Shown piece by piece: positions 1-13,284 of a stretch of DNA of 64,000 nucleotides (the first letter of the stretch is position 1; the number at the start of each line of letters is the position of its first letter). The position numbers were made by a program, and so were the translations under genes. The notes beneath the pieces are model-generated. The model saw only the letters and a list, made by a program, of their open reading frames with translations. It was not told the origin of the DNA and searched no databases. Origin of the DNA: Trichosphaerium sp. ATCC 40318 (taxonomy: Eukaryota > Protista > Tubulinea); NCBI GenBank assembly GCA_038496445.1, contig JALMLS010000309.1, positions 310,001-374,000 of the forward strand, in the 5' to 3' direction.

Positions 1-72
1 CATTTAAATTTACAATTTACTGGCCGCCAATAAGGCCAATCAGGTACACAACCGCAATTTGAAGACAATATT

Positions 73-1002
73 TTACAATCCGTCTAGCAAGCTATAGCTG
101 CCTTGACGCTCTTTTCTGACCTTCCATATCAAGTAACCGATGCAAGCCCATGATCCAAGCAGGCAAACTACGAGAGCGCCCAAAACGCACCATACCACAG
201 GTGTCACAATTTGAACCTAATGCAATTGCTTGTCAATACAAAGAAGGGCATGGGCTGAGATAGTAAGTACCCTAACGATTCGTATTGGTGGTGGCGTAGG
301 TTCTAGTAATAGCAGTCAAAACACACATCCTTTACAAATTTAGCATACGTACCTTCTGGTATTGGAGGTTCCAGAGTTGGCGCTAGTATGTGAGTAAGCA
401 TAATGTATATCAATTTCGAGTCCGTACGGGCTGTAGGTCCTACAGTGGTGGGCGGCAAAGTAGGTGCAACAGGGGGTATTGGTGCCGTGCTTGGTGTAAC
501 CGTAGTAGGTGTTGATGTTGGTGGTTGGGTAATCGGCGTTTTAGTTGTTGGTGCGATGGTAGGTGGCTTCACGTGGGTTAGAAAAATTGGTAATTTCTGA
601 ACAAAAAAGCGCTCGTCTAACGTGTCAAACAGCAATTCCCAACGTACTTCTGTAGTGCAGTTCGGCGCCAGCTTGCACGATTGTTCTGGCTCGGTACTAT
701 TAGCGTGTTTACAAACATGGTCTGTTCCGGATTCGCACTTTGGTTTCAAGTAAATAGCTGCGTGTTATTTCACTGTAGAAACGCGTACCCAACTGCACAT
801 TGAACCGCACTTGAGGCAAGACGCCGCGTCCTGGTTTGTAGAGCACGATAAACTGCTTTGAGCACCAATTGACGCAATACATAAAATAACGCATATTACA
901 CCTATTAGCTGTAGCTTCCTACTATATATTAATTCAAATAGTAACGTTTGGTTTAGTTTTGAATTATAAATACCTAAATAGTCCGACCGGTCCGTCTGAC
1001 AT
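73..1002 (-). CDS. Type I membrane protein: signal peptide, PSI-like Cys domain, Pro/Thr mucin stalk, TM helix, short tail (CD164/endolyn-like architecture)
   Basis: Spliced model MSDGPVGLFRKLQLIGVICVILCIASIGA..CLKCGSMCSWCES.., a PT-rich exon, then last exon VVWCVLGALVVCLLGSWACIGYLIW-KVRKERQGSYSLLDGL*. Confidence 0.65.
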
Positions 1003-1131
1003 GCTGCACAGTTATGTTGAGTTGTCTTTGGTGAACCTCTTGAATGTTTGAGACCAGCCTAAGCCGCACACGGCCGTTTAAGTTGCCGAACACATTTTTC
1101 GCCGTTACGACAGTGGAACGCTTCTAGAACC

Positions 1132-1791
1132 ATGTACTATGTAGCTATTCCAGTTGTACTTGCTGTAATTGCATACGTTGTGAGCGTATTTACAAGGTGC
1201 GTGTGGATTCACAGTTGCAACAGTACACATTAAACAGTTGAATAACCGAAAAAAGATCAATAGATAAACCAAACAGTTCACAGCAACCAACACGCAGTAC
1301 AAAGGAACCAACACCTAGCTCTGAAGTTGGTGAGGCGAAAGAAGTAGTTCAACAGGCAGATACAGCAACTACACCAGTTGTAAGAACAACACCTCCACCC
1401 AACAAACCTACGGCAGCACAGACACCTGCGCCAGAATCGGATAGCCTGTCACAAGTAAGAGGCCTTGTCAATACCACAAATAGCTAATTGTTACAGTTCT
1501 TGGATTCAACAGAAGCACCTAAGCAACTGTCATCGCCCAGAAGACCCAAGAAACCAAGCAGGAAGGCAACTGTAAAGGTACGTCAGAACATGGCCACGGT
1601 GGTTTTTGACAGCCATGTGACAGTTCCCATACAAACAAATTGAGGCCGAGCCTATGCCGGACCGTAACACCCGAACAATACAGCACGAAGATGAGGAGGA
1701 GTATACTGCTCTTACTAGAAGAGTACAAGCAGCAAAACAAAGTGGGTCAGCACAGGCATGTCAATCCCATAACGCTTCTTGTACATTACTA
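1132..1791 (+). CDS. Hypothetical protein with N-terminal hydrophobic anchor and low-complexity P/T/S region
   Basis: MYYVAIPVVLAVIAYVVSVFTR spliced through GT-AG introns to P/T-rich exons; 3' end uncertain. Confidence 0.4.
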
Positions 1792-1989
1792 ACATGTACC
1801 CCACAAGGCAATGATGGCCAATGCGATGCTCGCTGGGTTGAGATCACGTGGTGGTCGCAAAGGAAAACAAGACCAGTAATGTACCATGACATTAGCATAA
1901 AAAAGAAGGTGGTCATTACTGAAATGTTTAATTTAATTTTTCTTCTTTTTTTATTCGCCGTTAGACACTTTCACAACCTGCGTACACCT

Positions 1990-3681
1990 TTAACGCTGTC
2001 TTGTGTTACGCGTGGAATTTCGCCTAGGACGTGTGGATCGTGGTTTATCCTTTGCGGAAGCACCACGTGTCTGTGTTGCTTTTTGGCGTGCAGCACGCGC
2101 AGGTCGTGATTTTCCGTCACCTTTTGACTTTTGTTTGTTAGACGCAGCACTCTGGGCTTGCTTTTTTTGTTCTCTCTTCCCATCACTGCTAGTTTTACTG
2201 TCGGCTATAGGTGGTTTATTGTCGTCTATGATTGGTTGTAGCACCCTTCTTCGGCCCCTTGAGAACCTTGTATTGGTTTAAACTGTCCAACTACTGCTTT
2301 TAAATATGCGACTTACCTTGTTGTCTCGTTGTTATAATTGGCTGCTGGTGGATTGCGTACATTATACGGCTGTGACTTCATCCAATTTTGTAGCTTGCCA
2401 GAGGAAGGGGGTGCAGCTTTTGTGTCTCCTCTCCTGCCGCTACCAATGCCGTTAAAACCCCTTGAGTGGATGATTACAATTACTAACCTGTTCTTATTGA
2501 CCCTGCCTGAATGTACAGGCATATCGTGTGGTACTGGTTTGGCACCCCTAGTACATGTGTCATTCTTACATAACTCATTTATAAAGTGGTTTTCTGTACC
2601 AAGACGGAGGTGGCTTGCCTGCTGCCATCCAGGCGCGTTCCTGTGCTGCCCGTTCGTACATTACCCTGTCGGTCTAGCAAACTGTTAGTAAATTTGGTAT
2701 TCGTACATAACACGTGACATGCCTGCATCTGTTGTGGTGTCTTGTGTACTTGAGACAGCTTGTTGACGTAATTTTCACAAAACTGCTCGATCATATTATT
2801 CAGCTTTAGCTGCTCATGAGCACCAAACATCATCAAATCGCACATGTGATCAATAAAATGAGCGACTGTTCTGGAGCAAATGCATTTTAGCTTTTTTGAA
2901 AAAAAAGGTGATATTGGATTGCAAAGAAAACAACGAATATAAGGTTTTTCTGATATGAACACTCACTCATCCTGGTCATCCATTGGTAGCTCATTTGCTA
3001 CTAGTGTTTGAAGCACCTTATGAGATTCGCCATTTAGAAATGCGTCAGGATTTTGTCTGTCAACAAGTACGTCCCCAGGCAACCCTAAAAAATAACTTAG
3101 TTTACCTGGTTACAGAAAAAAAAACACTACAAGTTACAAAGTCTTCGAAGCAGTTTTTTCTTGGCAGTTTTCATCTAAATACCTTCTAGTTCGCACTTTG
3201 AGAAGCAATCGAGCAAGTTTGGTATATTGCCTAGATGACGCGGTTGTTTTTCGATCCCAGCATACATATTTGGTGGTGCTCCAGCGTAGGCATGAGGCGC
3301 ATGTGCTTTATTTGCATGATCCCACGCAGCGTGACCTGTATGAAGGAATTACTAAAAAAAATAGCCGATACTTAGTTTTGAGAATAGAATACGCAAGCGC
3401 ACGTGGGATTGCTGTTTTGGGCGTAAAAAAACCGGTTGGGCGTTTTCGCTTACTGCAGTTGGCTTTAAAAGGTAGTCAAGCGTACCATGATCCCAACCTT
3501 GGTGATGCCCATCGTTAATATCCATCATGTCTTGGGTGGCGGCTAACTGATTTCTATCGTTTGGTTTTACGAGCGGTTCGTTGGCATCCAGTTGGAAATA
3601 ATCGTCAACATTGTGTGTAGGTACATCGCTACCAGGTTGCTCGTGGTGTCCCTTCCAGTTCATGTGAGGAGAAGCTGACAT
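1990..3681 (-). CDS. Hypothetical multi-exon protein with basic C-terminus
   Basis: Chain of minus-strand ORF fragments (3352-3681, 2579-2962, 1990-2244) separated by GT-AG intron-like segments; no domain recognised. Confidence 0.4.
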
Positions 3682-4013
3682 GTATTGAAGGCTCTACTGC
3701 GCGTTCTCTGGGTGTTGTATGTGCAGGTTGGCCTCTTAAACCCAAAACGAAGAGTTGATAAATTCTATTAACAAATTACACACGACAAACTTGGCGAATT
3801 CAACCGAAGAATAGTAGATGCGTAAGTACGTGATAGCGGTTATATGGAAACACGAAAGAAAATGAAAAGAACGTCATTGACGTCCAAAAAAATTACACCC
3901 AAAACACAACTGCGAAACAACGTTAGAATAAATTTCAATGCGTAAACCAACGAAACTGTAGCTAAAGAAGGCGCAAAAGTTTATTGCTGGAGGTCAATAT
4001 TTGTAATTCTACC

Positions 4014-5374
4014 TCACTCCTCCTTCTTTGTACTCTGTAAGTCCTTAATACCAGTGGACTTGCCGTGGTCGTAAATTGGATCAACAATTTCCTTTGTTCT
4101 GATTGCATCCAACCTATTTAATAAAGATGAGTAACTTTTTTGCCAAAGAACGATTTAATACATACCCAACTTGAATGAGGCGATAAGACCAGTATATTTG
4201 CATTAAGAGAAGTAGCGACATGAGTATCCTTTTTTGTTGTCAAGTTAGGAAATGATTTCACATTCAAAATAAAATGTATACCTGAGCAAACCAAACAAAG
4301 CGAAGCCTTCGAACATGTGCTCACCCATCACTCCAGGTGCGATTGCGTATGATGTCCATACTATTGCACCTACAGATATGCTTTAGAAGGGTACAACCAC
4401 CGTTTAATATCACGTGCCGAGTACCCCAACACGTGTAGAAATAAAAACTAAAGCCATTGTAGCAAAAATAATAGTGTGAGCCAATTTATGGTATGTAGTG
4501 TAATGGATCATCTTTGAAAAGTACAAGAAGATGTCGCCAATATCTTGTTCAAGCAGTATAGCAACACCTACATGCATCACGTGAACATTGAAAACAACCA
4601 ACAAGAATAAAAAAAAAAAAAACCTCACCTGCACGATGTACGCTATATTGAAACGAACCAAGTAATAGACCCAATGCAATGAAATGGTGAGCCAATAGTG
4701 TAAAATAATCAGAGCTAGAGTGTAGATTTTAGAAGTTGTTGTTAACAAAACATTATTTCGTTGCTTGCCGTCTACCATCCATGAAAAGCGTTGTGAAGAA
4801 AGTATGCACGTAGAAAGCTATCTGTATGTGGTAGAATAAAGAGAAGATGCCTCTGTAAACAGGAAATCAATTTGGAATGTCAAGCACAAATTCATTAAAT
4901 CGCCCAAATCACACTTACCGCTCTTCTACAGTGTGTGGCCAGTCCGTAAACATACCCATGAGTTGAAAGCCCCAGTACTAGCAAAGTTAGAGCCGGTTTA
5001 TGCGTTACTGCCAAACCTGGCCAAACACCAGCGACATGCCGTAACCCCACATCCCACAATATAACACTGCATGATAAAAGGCTTTGGAGAACCTACGCAC
5101 TGTTGCTACAACTGAAATTGGCTAGATGCTTACTTTTCAGCGGTAGAGTTATCTGAGACCTTAGAAGGTACCAAAAAGCGGAAAAGTGGCTGTTTTTACG
5201 AGTTAGCATTTCAAGGATACACGCTTGAGTGCTCATGTCACTCTCGGTACACTAAAAACGTACCTTTCCAATGAATCTAAAGAATACAACGCGTCCTATC
5301 AGGAAAGAAACAGCCCAACGCGCTATTAGCGCATAATCGAAATCTAAGGTTGACAAGTAATCTATAGCCTCCAT
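4014..5374 (-). CDS. LAG1: TLC-domain ceramide synthase (LAG1/LAC1/CerS family)
   Basis: Spliced Lag1p motif RRSDYFTLLAHHFIALGLLLGSF..RAGVAILLEQDIGDIFLYFSK; multiple TM segments; C-terminal KKEE* ER-retrieval signal. Confidence 0.85.
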
Positions 5375-5586
5375 GACTGTACGATAGCGCGTGTTCGATG
5401 AAAATCAAGTTTATTGGGTGCGCTTATTCACCAAATATTTAAGAACCTTTTGATTGTTGGCCTACTAGTGCTTGCGCCGTATTTGACGCCACCAACACAC
5501 TTTTTTTTTGTGCCTATCTGGCCGTTAAGTGGGTGACAGCCAAAATGATTCAATCGCTTTTTTTTTTTATTCAAATCTACACAAAA

Positions 5587-8500
5587 CTACAATTCGTTAC
5601 CATCACCCGTAGAAGCTTTCCCAATATGATCTGTTGTCACCGCTTTCTTGAGCTTAGGTTGATCTTGAGAACCAAAATCGTCGCTTGAGATTTTTTTGTT
5701 GAAGCTTCTCAAAGAAAAGTATTGCCTATCCGGCTTCGAGTGACTTGTTAGCTTTTTTCTTTCTTTACGGCTCTTCCTGTTATTTAGCAACGTCTGACGC
5801 GCCGATTTTTCGCCGGATTTCTTTAGTTTCTTCGTCTTCTCAACACTTTCTTTTTGTTTCTTAGCCTTGGACTTTCTGAGTGTAGCAGATTTTTTCTTCC
5901 CTTCATGGCTCTTTTTACTTGTTGGCGCTGCAGGAATACTTACAACTTTAGGAGGTTGCTTCGGTTGTTTAGCCCTGGAAGGAGGTGGCGTGCTTGGCGG
6001 ATGCGGTGATTTTTTGAGGTCGTCTACTCGAGGGAACGATGAGATTAAAGGCTCAGGTTTTGTAGGTTTTGTAGGTGGCGCTGATGCTGGTGTTGCTGGC
6101 GGTGGTGCCTGTACGGGTCCCGAAAGAGCTGATAGAGGATGTGGCACCATGGCCGGAGCTGCTACTGGTTTTGGTGGAGCAGGTGATTCTTTCGTATCAT
6201 TGGTTGTTTCTTTCGTGTCATCAGGTTGTTTAGGTTTGATGTCATGAGTGTCTGATGGAGGTCCATCTTCTGACTCACTTTCGGATTCTTCTGAGCTTGA
6301 ACTGGAGTCATCGAGTGGCGCAGAATTTGGTGTTTGGCGAGATGCAGTGAGCGAAGACGATATCATGTTAATAAGGTCGACATCTTTGGTTGGCATTGGC
6401 GGTGCTGGCTCTTTTTTTGGAGTATCTTCTTTCTTGACATCTTCTGTTTCAGTTGTGTCTTTGCTTTCACCTTCATCACCGTCAGACGCGGATGTTTCGG
6501 CCTCTGGGTTTGTTACAGGAGGTGCTTCTACACTGTCGGGTTCTTGAGTGTTGTTGGCTTCTCCCTCTTTGATGTCTTGAGCATCCACATCACTTGTTTC
6601 GTCCTTGGTGTCTTGATTTGTTTTGTCTTCAGTCGCATCAACCGCAGGGGTTTCTTCAGCTTTTTCTGCGTCACTGTCCTTTGCAGATTCATCCTCATTC
6701 TCCGTTTCTGTGGTAGTTTCTGTGTCAAGGGTTTCTGTTTCTGTGTCGACCTCATCAACTTTTTCAGTTGGCGTAGGTTGTGGCTTTGCCTGTGTGCTAG
6801 GTTCTGCCTCTTGCTCTTTTCGTATGCGTAGTCTGTCATATTTTTCGATAACAGCAAGGACTACAGTGTGACTCTGGTCGTTTAGGCACGTTAACATGTC
6901 CAAATCTCCAGGAGGCCGCATTAAAGTAGGACCTAGCGAAGAAATGTTAAGAGGTTGTACTGGAAGTGAGCAAGAGGCGTACCAAATATTGTAGCGAGGT
7001 TGTTCTTGTGCATGAGATTGACATCTGAATTTTTAGCAACTTCGACAATGAGCCCAAATACAGCCTCTACAATTTAGTGAGATAAAGACGCACGTGTACC
7101 ACGTACCAATTACATTAAAATTCAGCGGAGGTAGTTCAGCTAATTTTGCGTCCAAGAGCTTATCTAGAATAACTGGGTCTGATCCTTCTGCGTCATTGAA
7201 GCTTGCTTGAAGAGAGATGGTAAGCTTGGTTGCCTGTAATTAACCTTAACGTACAAACCATGTCAATGAGGGGTTGATACAGCGTATACGTGAAAAGAGG
7301 TTCAGGCATTTCTCGCAACAACTAGTAACTATGTTAGTGAGAAGAACGCCTTGAGAGATGTACCTTTTTAAAAAATTCAGCGACAGCATGTGTTTCGCAT
7401 GATGGTGCAATACCTAATGATAATGTATCAACCCCCTTTTATTTGAAAAAAAGAGGCATACCACCGAGGAAGGTTAGTTCCGAGCTGTATAGTTTTCTAG
7501 CCATGTCTTCAACGACAAGTTGATTTCCAGCAACTCGAAATATACCCTCTATTTTTGTTGCTACACGTTTTTGTCAGTTGCATTGCTTCGCAGTGTGTTC
7601 CTTGCCTTGTAGATGCAGGAAATCTATAGCAAGCGCGATAACACGAGGAATTATTTCTGGACTCGCGTCTAGTGAGGCCATTTGCTCTAGCGATAAACCA
7701 AACACAGAATCTCTGTCTAAGAAAGGTTTAAGCTGGGTCACGTGCGAAATTTGGAATTTAATTTTGTGGGAAAAATAGAAAAAAGATCTGGGAGCAGATA
7801 GTTACCTGGATCATTCGCTATTGCTTGTTTTTGTTCCTTTCGTGTTTGTATAAACTTGTTTAATACCTTTTCTTTGCGTTTCTTTGTTAACGATGCCTTT
7901 TTGGATTCCAGAGCGAGTTTTTGTTCTTCAACTTGGTATTGAACTGAAAGTAAAAAAAAAAAAAACCATCAGTACTAAAACAACCAGATATGTAATGGAA
8001 TTCCATGCCACGTACTATGAAGTCCAGTCATTTCATCGTTTGACAGCGTTGGCCTACGGACGAAAAACGGTTCGCTCCTTGGTTGCTAACAAGCCATGAG
8101 TTAGAAATGAAAAGGAGGTTATAGCCCTTATTTGTACCGATCCCATTTTCATTCTTGCTGCTTTACCTTTAAATAATAGTCAGATTCATATGCTTACTAC
8201 GCATCATACCATTTGCATGTCCTTTATCCTTTGCATGTCTTCCAACGTCGGGCCTTACTACATGACCCAGAAATTGCGCCATTTTTTCTCTCTGTGCGTC
8301 TCGCTGGCCCATAGCTGGTATAACTGGAAATTGTTCATCAACAAGCTGTTCTCCAGTTACTTTGCTACAATACTGTTACCACGTGATTTATCACATGACT
8401 AATGTATTATCGAGTGACGTACTGCGTTATTCTAACGAAACTCTTTGGAAACCAGCCTTAGTAGTAATGTCAATATTATTTAAAATAACCAGAACCAAGA

Positions 8501-8988
8501 AGAGCACAATAACAATTCTATATGTAAAGAGCCACCATACCTTTTTTCCCCTGTTCATTTATGCCTTCTAACCAATCTACCCGCTTGCGCAAAAACACAA
8601 TTGTCTCGCCTTTTTTGATGTCTAGGTCCTATCGATCCCATAACGGGGTGTTAGCTATATCGCTAGGCGATTTTGGCTCAATTAATTAAATTCAACTGTT
8701 TTTTGCAACCTTATTCTCTTTTGCCTTCCTATCGTATAGAACCAACACGTGAATATCCTAAAACACGTGATGCCTTTAGTATTTACAAAATAAATAAACT
8801 ACAATAATACCTCATTTTTTACAGATTTTATGGTTTGTAGCGCTCCCCGCTTTTTACTCTTGCTGCTAGAGGAACTGTGGCTTTTATGGCGTTTTTGAGA
8901 TTTACTAGTACCCTTCTCCTTCTAGCGTCTTGTTAAATACGAAGCCAGAGTAAAGCAAGGCGCAAAAATTACTCACCTGTGAAGCCAT
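5587..8988 (-). CDS. SH3 + RhoGAP protein with long acidic/Pro-rich and Lys-rich C-terminus
   Basis: SH3: VLYDRKAKENKDLDIKKGE..DWLEG..GWFPKSFV. RhoGAP: EGIFRVAG arginine finger, LREMPEPL, NLATIFGPTLMRP. Confidence 0.85.
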
Positions 8989-9211
8989 CCGATCAAATTA
9001 GCCGATAAATCACACAATAAAGGTATTAGTCAATTCAGATAAAATCCTTCACCTGTGGAAGATGGAGACTAACGCCTTTCGAAACAACACCAATGCAACT
9101 AAGCGCGATTTTGTTTAAAGTGATTTTTTACTATTGTACAATAACTACACCCGAGGTTTAACAGTCTCCGTTTGCGTGTTTCCCGATTCCATATTTGTAA
9201 CATTTCTCTTT

Positions 9212-11314
9212 TTACAAGACATTGGCTGTACTGTTCAAATTGAGCGTCTTAAGCGGTGCTCCACGTTGTGCTCGACTTGTTGGGCCCCTTTTGATTATTT
9301 TACCAGTGGTAGTAGGTCGTCGGCGTGCCATAGGAGCTGGCGTAGTAGTGACACGTTCTAGGAGGGATTAGAAAATTGATTGTGAGAGTGCAGAAAGGAT
9401 AACGTACTTTTACCGGAACGATTAGGCGTCATACTGCCAGCGACAACACGTGTCCTCACATGTGAAGGTGCACCCATAGTACGTTTACTAGGTGTGGCAC
9501 GAGAACCGGATCTTACATTGCTTAAAGGCTTGGAAGGCGTTCGTGTTTTCCGGCTGATACCGAGGTTTGCGCGACGTGCTTGTTCGCGATGTGCTTTTTT
9601 AGCTTCCTCGGCCTTGTGTTGCTCACGCATAACGCCAATGTATGCGCTGCCACGGTAAGCAAAATCATCAGCATGTTTGCTCTTCCACTGCTTTAGAGCA
9701 TTGAATAGCTTGCGCTCAAGTGCTGGTAGTTCTTTTTCGAATGACCGACGCATCTTCTCCTCCCTAGACCAGAAAATAAGATTGATGTTGACATGTTGAT
9801 GCCTTACCTAATCAGAAATCCAGGATCACGCTTGCTTCTGTCAGTAAGGCGATTTGGGTCCTTGACACGTGATTGGAACTCATCACGCTGTTTTCTAATC
9901 TCTGTACGCCGTTGAATCATGGACAAGATTGGTAACGCCTATTGATAAATATCAAGTTAGATTTCAAAAAGTAATAGGTGAAGACGCACCTCTTGGTACT
10001 TGGTTTCTAGCCTATCCAGCTCAGATGTATGTCTCTCTAACAAGTTGTCTGACCAATCACACGAGGTGTACGCGGTGAAAAGAGAACGGTCAACTTGAGT
10101 GTACTGTAGCTTGTCCCACAACGCCTTTATCTCAGTCCGTTTGACGGAAATGAGTTCTTCAAATTTGGCAGCCTTTAGACTCTGTAATCGCGTCAATTCG
10201 CGTTTACAATGTTCTACAACGTTCATGCCAAGTCCCTAACAACGAATATAATTAAAAACGAGCAAGAGACAGGTTGGTGGATTCGTACTTGGACGCTGGT
10301 GAAGGCCTCGATTTGCGCCAGGTCAGTTTCTAGCAAATCCCACAATGGTTTGATTTCTTGTGAATAATGTTGAATCAAGTCTTCGCGTTCAGATTTGAGT
10401 GCGAGAAGACGCTTAAAAAAAAGTAAGTTAGCCACCAAGAGTAAAATCAGAAAATTATGATAAAAACAACTGAATTATTAGTACGTACCTGTTTTTGCTT
10501 GACTTGTGCGTTCATCAAGTCTTGTGTAAGCCCAGGTGCCACAGGCGCGATAGACTCACCGAGAACAGTGCCTAGCGCTGAAATTTCATCTCTCAATAGC
10601 GCAAATGTTGTTATGCGTCGGTTCTATGCAACAAAATTATTAAGAAAAACAAAATTATTTCGAAAAACAAACTCAAGAAAAAACAAAGATTTTGTGCAAA
10701 CCTTCTCAGCCTCAAGTTGTGTAATGCATGTCTTTAGTCTCTCCAATCTCGCCAGAGAAAAGTCATTGCCCATTGTAGCCAAGTCTTGAGGAATAACTTC
10801 AGGTCCTAGCTCGGCTCCCAACTCCATTAATACTGAGTAGTGCGCTGAAAACTCGCGAAGACACTCGTCTACCATCTAGTGACATGTCATTAGTACAAAA
10901 AACGCGATTCCGAAAAAAAACGGTTATCAAGCAACTCAAACGCCAAACGTACCGCTTGTACGCGTATCAGGTCTGTAGAGAGGGCGGCAATCGTGTCCAT
11001 AAGAGAAGCGGCTTGTGGTAGTGGGTCTTCTTGCGCGCCGATACTTTGTAATAGCTGGGAGCGTTTCCCTTGCAGAGTTTGTACGTCGTCAACGAATTGA
11101 TTACGAATTGCTACGCTCTGCTTTACTTTTGCTTCTACCAATTCGTTTATCTTTGTAAGTAGTTCGTCAAGTTCCTACGGCGCGTTAACAATGAACTCAA
11201 GTACTTTTTACACACTTTCTCCCTTCTGACATTATCTACACCAATTTCGTCCCATACACTGGCTATTTTCTCTACTGCGGTGTCTAGGTTGCACCTCAAT
11301 GCTAAGTTGCTCAT
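9212..11314 (-). CDS. MAP65: Microtubule-bundling protein, MAP65/Ase1/PRC1 family
   Basis: N-terminal ..SVWDEIG, repeated LWD.L helices, conserved KDPNRL..LIREEKMRR..ELPALERKL..W..F.Y.G, basic tail. Confidence 0.88.
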
Positions 11315-11455
11315 TTGTAACGGCTTTTTTTTAAATGGTATTTCACAAACGGTAACAAAAAATTTTGTAAGCGGGAAAAATCAACAAATTCAAAATTGGT
11401 CTTTCGCTTTTTATTTACACTCCTTTTACGCGCTAGCCTCAAAAGGTGTCGGTTG

Positions 11456-13154
11456 CTATACGGCGTACAGAGCAGATACAGACTCTTCGTTATGAATACG
11501 GCTAGACAAAAAGGTGTCAGTGTGCTAACAAACGGTAAAATGCTTGGCTTGAAGCAGGGGTTCCATTTTTACAGAGTTTACTGACTTGTAAACCAAAATG
11601 GTGTTATTTGATCATAAATTGTAAATTCGAGTATTTATCGCAGTTATCACATGTATTGTATTGTGGGGCGTACCGTATTGCTTCGGCAAGTAGAGGAGCA
11701 ACTGAAAGAACAACAGCTTTTTTCAAATCAGTTTGTTGTAGCCTCTGTATAGGGAAAGTATCTGTAAGTACAACTTGATCTAACGCGCTCTCTCGAAGAC
11801 GCTTGATAGCACCCGCAGATAGAATACCATGCGTAGCACATGCAATGACAACCTTTGCGCCTGCTCCAGGTTAAAAAAAGACGAAACTGGTTTCTTCTTT
11901 CTCTTTATTGCTTAGGTACCTTTGTCTTTTAGTGCCTTTGCTGCGAGTGTCACGGTAGAAGCGGTGTCGATAATGTCTGAATTGACGGAAGTAAGCTGCA
12001 CAAGCCACGTCATAAATTTTTTTTTGTACCATCAACAATAACAGCATGCGCATCAATCTCGCCAATAATCTCTGTTCTCAAAGTACCACTTTTATCATCA
12101 TTACGTGCGTCTATCATTGCCATCTTGGTACCAAGTCTAGCAGCTATACGCCGCGCTCTACGTACAGCGCCAGCATCTGGAGCTACAATAACCATGTCCT
12201 CGCCCAGCTTGAGTTCTCTAATACCGTATTATTATTTTTTATCAAAAAATCAAAGAGAAGCTACAAGAAAAAAACGTACCGCAGATAATTAACAATTACA
12301 GGGTCTGATTTTAAGCTATCTACAGGTATATTGAAGTATCCTTGTATTTGGCCTAAAAACAACGACTACGATCAACAATGACCCAAGGGTTTTTTGTAAA
12401 AGAAGAAGAATGGTTACACACCTGCATGCAAGTCCTACAACGATTAGTAAGCCATTAATCAGGGTAAAAAAGTTCTCAAAAGAAATGATGCTACTAATGC
12501 CATACCAACGTTAAAATTCTATCTGGACCAACAGCCGTTATCAAATCCGCGACCTTGTACATGTCAACAGTTTTCGTTAATGTAAACGTGGAATTCGTTT
12601 GTACCATTTTAGCTGTGATGGGCGCTCTCGAAGCATGTTTGCGGTCTTGTCGCGCATACGCGTAGTATGGAATCACAGCGGTGATACGCGCAGCTGAACT
12701 ATGTTACACTCCTGGACGGTAAAGATTTATTTACGCACGAGAAGCGCGTTTGAGCGCGTCAAGCATTATTAATAGCTCCATCATGTGTTCATTCACTTTT
12801 GGAGGGCAGATTGGCTGTATCACCTTTAAAGACGATGAGTGCTCCAGTAGACTGTGCTGAACGTACGAAAACATCGCAACCGCGCACGTTTGTTTGAATT
12901 TGTACCTTTATTTCACCTACATTCGCAAAATGACAAATACGTTATTACACGGATACTGTACCATCTGGAAAACGGGAAACTTCGGCATCTGCGAGCTCTG
13001 ATCCGAGATAAGCTGCAATACCTTCAAAACAAAGTTAATACGCGGTCTGAAATAGAAATAAGTGCCAACGGCGTTGTATTATTTAACACAACAACGTACC
13101 TTTTGCCAGAGGAATATTAGATGTGCCTGTGAATATACGGAGGTCATACACCAT
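11456..13154 (-). CDS. PRPS: Ribose-phosphate pyrophosphokinase (class I)
   Basis: [78 protein letters not shown]. Confidence 0.95.
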
Positions 13155-13284
13155 TGCGAAGCAAGTTGATCCAACAATCCTAAGTGAGAACTCCCACTTA
13201 ACCGAAGCCCTTTTATTACTCGCTTTCTAAACTCTTCCGCGTTGTAATTGTAACTCTCAGCGACTACGACCCTTATTGGCGCCA

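Noticed and set aside
4681-4714. Apparent loss of the HH motif in ceramide synthase (HYWL in the ORF track)
   Set aside because: Frame artefact; HH is present after correct splicing
5212-5220. GTATCCTT on the minus strand resembling a U12 donor
   Set aside because: It lies inside an ordinary GTACGT..CAG intron and is not needed for the reading frame
5867-6871. Several long plus-strand ORFs
   Set aside because: Antisense shadows of the low-complexity RhoGAP last exon
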